DNA of 64,000 nucleotides. It comes from an uncultured Gammaproteobacteria bacterium (GTDB taxonomy: Bacteria; Patescibacteriota; Microgenomatia; Daviesbacterales; UBA10151). Shown here in pieces: positions 57,688 to 64,000 of this stretch. Positions within the stretch are counted from its first letter, which is position 1. Each line of letters begins with the position of its first letter. Location of the stretch: the NCBI GenBank assembly GCA_964360965.1, contig CAYHYM010000001.1, positions 8,878-72,877 on the forward strand, given 5' to 3'. The translations under genes were made by a program, and so were the position numbers. The notes under the pieces are model-generated. The model was not told the origin of the DNA. It searched no databases and saw only the letters and a list, made by a program, of their open reading frames with translations.

Positions 57688-58890
57688 ATGGCCACTGAAC
57701 AAGGAATAATTAATTCTGGACAGGATTTTTTTAATTCACTTAGACTACGACATATTTATGGGGATCTGAATACAATTGAGGCTAAGATTAACAAGCGAAG
57801 CTTCTTGAGGTTAACTAATCCTGACCCAGACATTGTAGCAGCTGAAGCGGAAAGGATAATTCAAGCTGGACCACTCAGAGGCATTTCCTTTATTGAAGCA
57901 AATAAACAAGGTTACTTTGTTTATGAAGGTGCACCAGTTCCACTTGCTTGGTGGGCACCACATAGGTTCGAAAGACAGTTTCTTACCAGATTAGCTCATT
58001 CACTCACTGGTGAATTTCCTTTTATACTAGATGTTGCATGCGGAACTGGATTACTTGCTAAATTACTAGCAGCAGAAACAGATGCAAAAGTAGTTGGTTT
58101 AGATCCAGGAGAAATATTTAATGAGATGTCTGGTATTGATCGTTTACCAGATACTCCTGGCAATATATTGCTTAGAAAGAAAGATGTTTGGAAAGCAGTA
58201 AATACCTATGGTCCAAAGTATCCTTATCAATTAAACCGAGAAAGAAGAGAATTGTTAAAAAGACTAAAAAGGGAACCTGAAAAAGTATCTATTTTCTTAT
58301 CTCCAGAGTATCCTTACTCATCTTCTGCTAAAGAAGGGTTCAATCGACCCAATGAAGGAGTTGAGGAATTATCTGATGAAGTGAAAAGAATCCAGGAAAT
58401 AGCACCTCTTTACAAGGCTCCTTCCCCCATAGATTTAGTAATTTGCAGTTTTATGCCAGTTGGAGCTGATTTAACAGTACCTATCAGAGATGGCATTTAT
58501 CCTAAGGGTATTGTTTATGTTAGACAAATGCGTGGTGGGACCGGAACAGGTGATTATTTCTTATATGAATATCTAAATCCTGAAAGTTCTAAAAGATTAA
58601 GATACTCTCAGATAAGTTTTAATCCAGGTGAACATTACCAAGTAGTTGCCAGATGGCCAACCCCAAGTCAAAATAATTGGCATGCTAGTGAAACTAATAA
58701 ACTGCAAAGTCCTATGACTGCAGAAGTTGTGGTCCAACTGAGAAAGGATGTTGTTTTAGCCAAGACAGATAGGATCACTTGTCCAAGTTACCCTTGGGAT
58801 CAGGATATAGAAGATTTTCTTGGACAAGTATTGAGGAAGGAACTCTTTTTTGCTGGTATTGAACAAGCTACAAATTCCTTATTTGCTTAA
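57688..58890 (+). CDS. hypothetical protein with class I SAM-methyltransferase-like motif
   Basis: Motif I ILDVACGTGLLAKLLA followed by acidic VVGLDPGE. Confidence 0.45.
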   Translation: MATEQGIINSGQDFFNSLRLRHIYGDLNTIEAKINKRSFLRLTNPDPDIVAAEAERIIQAGPLRGISFIEANKQGYFVYEGAPVPLAWWAPHRFERQFLTRLAHSLTGEFPFILDVACGTGLLAKLLAAETDAKVVGLDPGEIFNEMSGIDRLPDTPGNILLRKKDVWKAVNTYGPKYPYQLNRERRELLKRLKREPEKVSIFLSPEYPYSSSAKEGFNRPNEGVEELSDEVKRIQEIAPLYKAPSPIDLVICSFMPVGADLTVPIRDGIYPKGIVYVRQMRGGTGTGDYFLYEYLNPESSKRLRYSQISFNPGEHYQVVARWPTPSQNNWHASETNKLQSPMTAEVVVQLRKDVVLAKTDRITCPSYPWDQDIEDFLGQVLRKELFFAGIEQATNSLFA

Positions 58891-58899
58891 TATTCACAA

Positions 58900-58949
58900 C
58901 TTCCACCCTTCGATACTTCGACAAGCTCAGTACTCAGGGTAAACCTGAA
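58900..58949. repeat. 50-bp deletion derivative of the 108-bp palindromic element at 60725-60832, 10 nt after a stop codon
   Basis: CTTCCACCCTTCGATACTTCGACAAG + CTCAGTACTCAGGGTAAACCTGAA; identical to the ends of the 60725 copy. Confidence 0.65.
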
Positions 58950-58977
58950 TTAGCTATTTTTGTGCTAGAATTGCTTT

Positions 58978-59349
58978 ATGGCTAAGAAAGTCATAAGCTA
59001 TGACCTTTTATTTGAAGTCAAAGATACTCTTGGTAGAAGGATACACACCACAAAAGATTACTGGCAGAAGATTAAAACCTTAAAGCATCGAGAATTAAAA
59101 TATGGTATTAATGAAGTTAAGACTACACTGACAAAACCAGATGAGATAAGAAGAAGTGTGACTGATTCTACTATTTTACTCTATGCACAAAGACAGCAAA
59201 ATTATGATATACTTATTGTGGCAGTTAAGGTTTTAAATGGTGAGGGTTTCTTAGTGACAGTTTATCAGACTAAGGATTATAAAAAGAAAGGAGAACTTAT
59301 ATGGCCAAAGCAAAAACAGAGGCTCGCCCTGAGCGAAGCCGAAGGGTAA
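58978..59349 (+). CDS. DUF4258-like putative toxin
   Basis: About 120 aa: HTTKDYWQKIKTLKHRELKY...ILLYAQRQQNYDILIVAVKV. Paired with a DUF2283-like gene. Confidence 0.45.
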   Translation: MAKKVISYDLLFEVKDTLGRRIHTTKDYWQKIKTLKHRELKYGINEVKTTLTKPDEIRRSVTDSTILLYAQRQQNYDILIVAVKVLNGEGFLVTVYQTKDYKKKGELIWPKQKQRLALSEAEG

Positions 59350-59588
59350 AAATTTATCTTGATCCTGTAGCAAATACCTTTAATATTTGGTGGGATGATC
59401 CTAAAAAGGCTTATTCCTCTGAAGAGGTAGATTCTCCAAACAGGAATGACGTAATTATTAAAGATAAACAAGGCAAACCAATTAGTTTGGAAGTGATTGG
59501 TATATTTCCAAGTGAACTAAATGTGGCAGAGAAGCTTAAAAGGACAATTGGAACTCCCAAAGAACCACTGCTTCTTCAATCAATTTAA
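59301..59588 (+). CDS. DUF2283-like small protein (putative cognate antitoxin)
   Basis: VKIYLDPVANTFNIWWDD...LEVIGIF resembles DUF2283. Overlaps the upstream gene. Confidence 0.5.
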   Translation: MAKAKTEARPERSRRVKIYLDPVANTFNIWWDDPKKAYSSEEVDSPNRNDVIIKDKQGKPISLEVIGIFPSELNVAEKLKRTIGTPKEPLLLQSI

Positions 59589-59746
59589 TCCTTAATCTTT
59601 TTCTCTAAAGGTGTTCCTTTAACATGAGGCAGGATATCTTTTAATAGATTCTCTGAGACTGTAATTAATTTGGGCATGACACAATTTTAGTCTATTAGAT
59701 CTGGACAAAATGATAAAGTTGTGTAAAATAAACTAAAGTTTAATTT

Positions 59747-60715
59747 ATGACTCAAGAAACAAGAGCAGCTTTACTATTCCCAGGTCAAGGATTACCTTCT
59801 AAAGATATTGTTGCATGTTATCAAAGACTCAATAGTATTGATTCTACTCATATACAACAAAGATTAGGACGAGCCCAAGATGCAATAAATAAAGTTCATG
59901 GAAGTGCTGCTTTTGATATTAATATTGCTTTGCAGGATGAAAAATCTCCAAGCTTTACTCAGACTTCTTTTGTACAACCTGTGGTTTATACCCTTAGCGT
60001 CCTTACCTCTGAAATTACTGATGCTCACGGTATTGCCAGAATTGCTCCCAGTTTTGTGGCTGGGCATAGTTTAGGTGAGTACTCTGCTCTAACCAGGGCC
60101 AAAGTCTTTGATTTTGAACAAGGAGTTGATCTTGTTACATACCGAGGTTTGGTAATGGAAGAGGCATGTCAGAAAACCAAAAGCGTTTTACTTAGAATCA
60201 GTGGGTTAGCAGAAGATAGAGTAAGGGAACTTTGTCAACCAGGAGGCACAAGAATTGCTGAAGTTGCTTTGATCAATGCTCCAACATTGATAGTGGTAGG
60301 TTGTGCAGCAGAAGCTGCAACTGAAGTAGATAGATTAGCCAAAGAAGCTGGAGCTAGAGGTGCAACTGATTTAGGAACAGCTGGGGCTTTTCATACCACA
60401 TTTATGGAAGAAGCAGCTGACAAATTGGATAAAAAACTATTTGAATATGACTTTAAACACCCAGAAATTCCAGTTGTAACTAATTTTACAGGAAAACCTA
60501 TATATCATAGTATGCAAGCACAAGATCATCTAATTCAAGGCATGATCAATCCAGTTCAGTGGGCTAAGGTATTAGAAACTTTACAGACATCAGGTGTCAC
60601 GGTTTTTGCTGAAGTTGGCCCTGGAACTTCACTGGCTGCTTTAAATAGGATTAACAATATTCCTGAGGATAGAACAATAAATGTTCTTAACTGGTTTGAA
60701 CCACGAGGTACTTAA
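59747..60715 (+). CDS. fabD: malonyl CoA-acyl carrier protein transacylase
   Basis: FPGQG, active-site GHSLGEYSALT, conserved R (TYRGL) and GAFHTTFMEEAADKL all match FabD. Confidence 0.8.
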   Translation: MTQETRAALLFPGQGLPSKDIVACYQRLNSIDSTHIQQRLGRAQDAINKVHGSAAFDINIALQDEKSPSFTQTSFVQPVVYTLSVLTSEITDAHGIARIAPSFVAGHSLGEYSALTRAKVFDFEQGVDLVTYRGLVMEEACQKTKSVLLRISGLAEDRVRELCQPGGTRIAEVALINAPTLIVVGCAAEAATEVDRLAKEAGARGATDLGTAGAFHTTFMEEAADKLDKKLFEYDFKHPEIPVVTNFTGKPIYHSMQAQDHLIQGMINPVQWAKVLETLQTSGVTVFAEVGPGTSLAALNRINNIPEDRTINVLNWFEPRGT

Positions 60716-60724
60716 TATGTACAG

Positions 60725-60832
60725 CTTCCACCCTTCGATACTTCGACAAGACTTCGACGGTGAGTCTTTCGACCCTGAGCTCAAGACCGAAGGGCTCAGT
60801 CGAACCGCTCAGTACTCAGGGTAAACCTGAAG
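60725..60832. repeat. 108-bp composite palindromic element (GTCGAAG/CTCAGTAC family) 10 nt after the fabD stop
   Basis: Internal inverted pairs TTCGACCCTGAGC/GCTCAGTCGAA and TCTTTCGACC/GACCGAAGGG. The ends are identical to the 58900 copy. Confidence 0.7.
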
Positions 60833-60979
60833 CTGTTATTAAAAAGAGATTAGAACCTACTTCATAATAAGCTGCTTCATTTCCTCCATCAGAATATGCT
60901 TTAGAGCCTAAAAATTTAAGTAGTTTGATATACAAAATATACCTTGTATTTTAACAATTAGGATAATAAGATAGATACC

Positions 60980-61336
60980 ATGGATGAAAGTAAACTTAAA
61001 ACAATAGTTGAAGAAGTGGTAAATAAAGCCGTGGATCCAATCAAAAAACAGCTTGAAGATCCTAAAACTGGTTTAGCAGCAATCAATAGAAGGCTTGATG
61101 GTGTAGGAGGACAGTTGAATGATCCAGATACAGGATTAAAAAGAATTAATGAGAGATTAGATGCTAATACAGCAGCAGTCGTGGAACTTGAGAGTACAAT
61201 AAAAGGCTACGCTGATTCATACCAGACAAATGATGCTAATATTAGGAAAGTGGAAAAAAGATTGGAAACTTTGGAAGAGGATGCAAGAGTAAATGTCCCT
61301 TCTGAGTTACAACTTGCTCCTCAATCTGACCTTTAA
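60980..61336 (+). CDS. hypothetical coiled-coil protein
   Basis: 118-aa ORF with repeated DP(K/D)TGL...IN(R/E)RLD heptad-like units. Confidence 0.3.
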   Translation: MDESKLKTIVEEVVNKAVDPIKKQLEDPKTGLAAINRRLDGVGGQLNDPDTGLKRINERLDANTAAVVELESTIKGYADSYQTNDANIRKVEKRLETLEEDARVNVPSELQLAPQSDL

Positions 61337-61350
61337 TGCAAAACCTTTCA

Positions 61351-62661
61351 TCAGTTGTGTTCAATATATGCTTTGTAGCCAACTAGCTTTTTGTTATCCC
61401 CAGAGCCAGAGTAGATATTTTTAACTCCGAAGGTTAAAAAGAGATCATCTTTGGAATAGGTAATGGTAGTACCAGTATTATCTTGGGAATTTAAAGTCTC
61501 TTTAAAGTTAGAATTGGTAAGTTGATTTGTATAGTAATCCAAAAAGGCTTGAGGAATTGATAATAATTGTTCAGATTCCAGATAAATACCTTCCTCCTCA
61601 ATTCTTCTTTTGCCTGAAGTAAAAAGTAATACCTTCTTTTGGGTTTTCTCCCATTTAATATCTGAGTAGAGTTTAGGGAGTCCCGTACCATTCGGTACAG
61701 GATTAAAAGTAGTAAGTCCGCCTGTTGGAGAAACAGGGCTAGGTGAAGGCGTAGTCTCAAAAGAGATAATCTCGGAGACCTCTATTAAATTAGGGGTGGG
61801 GGTTAAGTTGCCCTTAATTTGAACTTTCATGCCTTCAAAATCTGATAAGTTAACATTTTTTGATGCAGGGTTAAGGGTCCAGAGGGTTTTATTTTTATCA
61901 TTTGCTTGCAGGTAATATCCTGCTGAGGATTTTTGGATTATTCCCTGGGCAGTAATACCTCTGTGTAAGATGGGAGAGAAATTAGGGAATAGTTTACCAA
62001 GACCATAGTTTATACCTGATTTAAAACCTATCCCAAAACCTCCCAACCCCCCGCCCACTCCTGCCATGATAATAATTAAAGCTAAAACAGGGATTCTTAA
62101 GGTAATCATCTGTCTTTTGAGCAGTTTATTTAAAAAAGCTCTTAAATAAGTAACAGGATTAGTTAAGAAAAAACCAAACAAAGGAGGATCTTTTTTAGAA
62201 GAAGGTTGGGTATTTTGATTTATTTCTATAATGGGAGGAAGTCCCGCACCAGACGGTGCAGGATTAGGGGTATTTGGCTCGCCTGGTGGCGAAGCTGGGA
62301 CAGGAGGAGGGGTAGTCTGTTCAACCTTTTCTTCATGTTCAGGGATAAATCTTCCATGTTCATCTCTTTTTTGATGGGAAGCCACAGCAGAATGGACTAA
62401 GTTTTCTGAAACAGGATATTGAGGGTAATCAGGGATATTGGGAGAATTTGGTTCGATTACTTCGACTGTGCTCAGTACAGGTACACTCACCACAGGTGGG
62501 GTATTAGGGGCTGAAGGAGTAGGTGTTTGAGGAAAGGTTGGATTAACAGATTGTTGGTAGGGATTATCGGGATCTACAGGATTAGTATGAGGGTTAAAGT
62601 TTGACCCAAAAGAAGGAGGGGGATTATTTTGATCCGGAGGATCTTTAGGCAGATTATCCAT
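61351..62661 (-). CDS. hypothetical single-pass membrane protein with Pro-rich N-terminus
   Basis: Pro/Asn-rich N-terminal 170 aa, one TM, C-terminal domain. Carries an in-frame GTCGAAG-family repeat (62450-62499) encoding VPVLSTVEVIEPN. Confidence 0.4.
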   Translation of the reverse strand: MDNLPKDPPDQNNPPPSFGSNFNPHTNPVDPDNPYQQSVNPTFPQTPTPSAPNTPPVVSVPVLSTVEVIEPNSPNIPDYPQYPVSENLVHSAVASHQKRDEHGRFIPEHEEKVEQTTPPPVPASPPGEPNTPNPAPSGAGLPPIIEINQNTQPSSKKDPPLFGFFLTNPVTYLRAFLNKLLKRQMITLRIPVLALIIIMAGVGGGLGGFGIGFKSGINYGLGKLFPNFSPILHRGITAQGIIQKSSAGYYLQANDKNKTLWTLNPASKNVNLSDFEGMKVQIKGNLTPTPNLIEVSEIISFETTPSPSPVSPTGGLTTFNPVPNGTGLPKLYSDIKWEKTQKKVLLFTSGKRRIEEEGIYLESEQLLSIPQAFLDYYTNQLTNSNFKETLNSQDNTGTTITYSKDDLFLTFGVKNIYSGSGDNKKLVGYKAYIEHN

Positions 62662-62816
62662 GAAATTAGTATAGAACTAATTTGCAGATTAAAGCAATAA
62701 ATTGATTAGAGGGTGAGTTTAGGTGATGCAACTGTGTATATTGATAGGATATTAGTTTCTCCTAAAATTTTAAGCAGAACGTAAGAACGTAAATTTTAAA
62801 AATTGTACGTGGTCAA

Positions 62817-63353
62817 TTAAGGCTTCATTATGAAAGGCTCAAGGTCTTCTCTTTTTAAAAGAGTAGATTCTGAACAATTTGCTACCATAGCCACACTTGG
62901 CATGTGTGAGAAACCTACATATTCAACAAACTTACCTTTTTCTTTGGCTTTCTTAACTGCCGGAAGAAGATCTGTATCTGATGAAACTAAAGTAATATGG
63001 TCGCAAAGATTTTCATAGGTTGCGACCAAGATATCTACGGCTATATTGACATCTACTCCTTTCTCGTGCATTTTGCCTTTTGATTTTAATAAATATCCCA
63101 ATGAGTATCTGAATTTGTGCTTTTTTAAGTGTGCTAATAGCTTTTGTTGTTTGTCAAACAACCCTTGAACATGTTTTGTGCGATTAGTTCTGACTGCTCC
63201 CACATAATATATACACTCTACTAATTCTCCTTTTTTAGAAAGACTTTTGGCAAAAGAAGAAAAATTAAACGCTAACTCATTATGAAGTTTTAGATCTTTA
63301 AGCTTGAAGTAGAAGTTACTACCATCAATTAACACTATATAACGTTGTTTAGT
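62817..63353 (-). CDS. NYN/LabA-like (PIN-fold) domain protein
   Basis: VLIDGSNFYF...GVDVNIAVDIL...LVSSDTDLLPAV matches the NYN domain. Confidence 0.65.
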   Translation of the reverse strand, partial: TKQRYIVLIDGSNFYFKLKDLKLHNELAFNFSSFAKSLSKKGELVECIYYVGAVRTNRTKHVQGLFDKQQKLLAHLKKHKFRYSLGYLLKSKGKMHEKGVDVNIAVDILVATYENLCDHITLVSSDTDLLPAVKKAKEKGKFVEYVGFSHMPSVAMVANCSESTLLKREDLEPFIMKP

Positions 63354-63569
63354 CATTGAGACCAATTATATAGCAAAGCTTGGGATAAAAAAATCCTGCA
63401 AATGCCTTGCGGCCTTGCAGGAGAGTTAAGTAATTGTATACTAACAAAATATTGGCAATATGTCAAGAAAAAATTGTAGGTGAGCAGTTGGCAGTGAAAA
63501 CTTTATAGCAGAAACAAGAAGATATGTAAAGCAAATTGCATATAGGCTCGTAAATCACTATAATTGCAG

Positions 63570-64000
63570 CATGGCTATTGAAAGATTTATTAAAGGCAGA
63601 ATTATTGGCCCATATTTTGAAAGAGTAAGAAGGCAAAGGGAACAATCACAGCAACAGGTACAAGTGGAAACTGCTCGCGGAGAAATTAATGCTCTTTTAG
63701 AGGATATATTTCCCAATGACACTGTTAAGGAATATACATTCAAAGATCCTGATATAGATTGGCCTCAACAGCTACCTTCATTAGTAAACTTACACCCAGA
63801 AATTACTGATAAGGATTTAATATCAATCTCAGTTGATAGAGAATACTTAGGATGTCCCACTCTGCATATTAGTATGTATTTTGGGTATTTTACAGATCCG
63901 CCTTATTATACAGTAACATCCTTGTTAGACAACAATCTTAGCAGTATTGAGGTTTATTCTGTAGCGACTACTGGAGATGCAATGACCCAAAGGTATAATA
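63570..64000 (+). CDS. hypothetical protein, 5' part (runs off window end)
   Basis: ATG at 63570. Frame is open through position 64000 (about 143 codons). Confidence 0.35.

Overview
This is a 64-kb AT-rich bacterial segment read with the standard genetic code. Its gene content resembles a Candidate Phyla Radiation (Patescibacteria) or other monoderm-like small genome: short DNA polymerase III delta-prime, S16 with a charged tail, and a type IV pilus cluster with no secretin in the window. Housekeeping genes present are recG (3' part), rpmF, nusB, an ACP-like gene, rnc, rpsP, a KH protein, trmD, holB-like, gyrB, gyrA, xerC-like, ruvC, yebC, rluA-family, a two-component pair, tsaC-like, dksA-like, lgt, efp and tRNA-Leu(CAA). 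There are three accessory blocks. (1) A minus-strand type IV pilus supercluster of about 16 kb (pilB, pilT, pilC, pilin, pilD, five pilin paralogs, six minor pilins or PilX-like proteins, pilM, pilN, pilO), split by a REP-associated tyrosine transposase (RAYT) gene. (2) A minus-strand cluster of nine paralogous secreted proteins with cohesin-like and dockerin modules, long Pro-Ser linkers and a shared unusual N-terminal leader. A GT-C (PMT/ArnT-like) glycosyltransferase lies upstream and an ATGA-coupled XerC-like recombinase plus an amidase downstream. I consider this the best candidate for an undescribed surface system. (3) An island 3' of tRNA-Leu carrying two toxin-antitoxin pairs, nuclease remnants, a methyltransferase-like protein and an orphan fabD. 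Two repeat families are visible: ACACC/GGTGT-armed palindromes flanking both RAYT genes, and GTCGAAG/CTCAGTAC-built palindromic elements found in intergenic spacers and in-frame inside coding genes.
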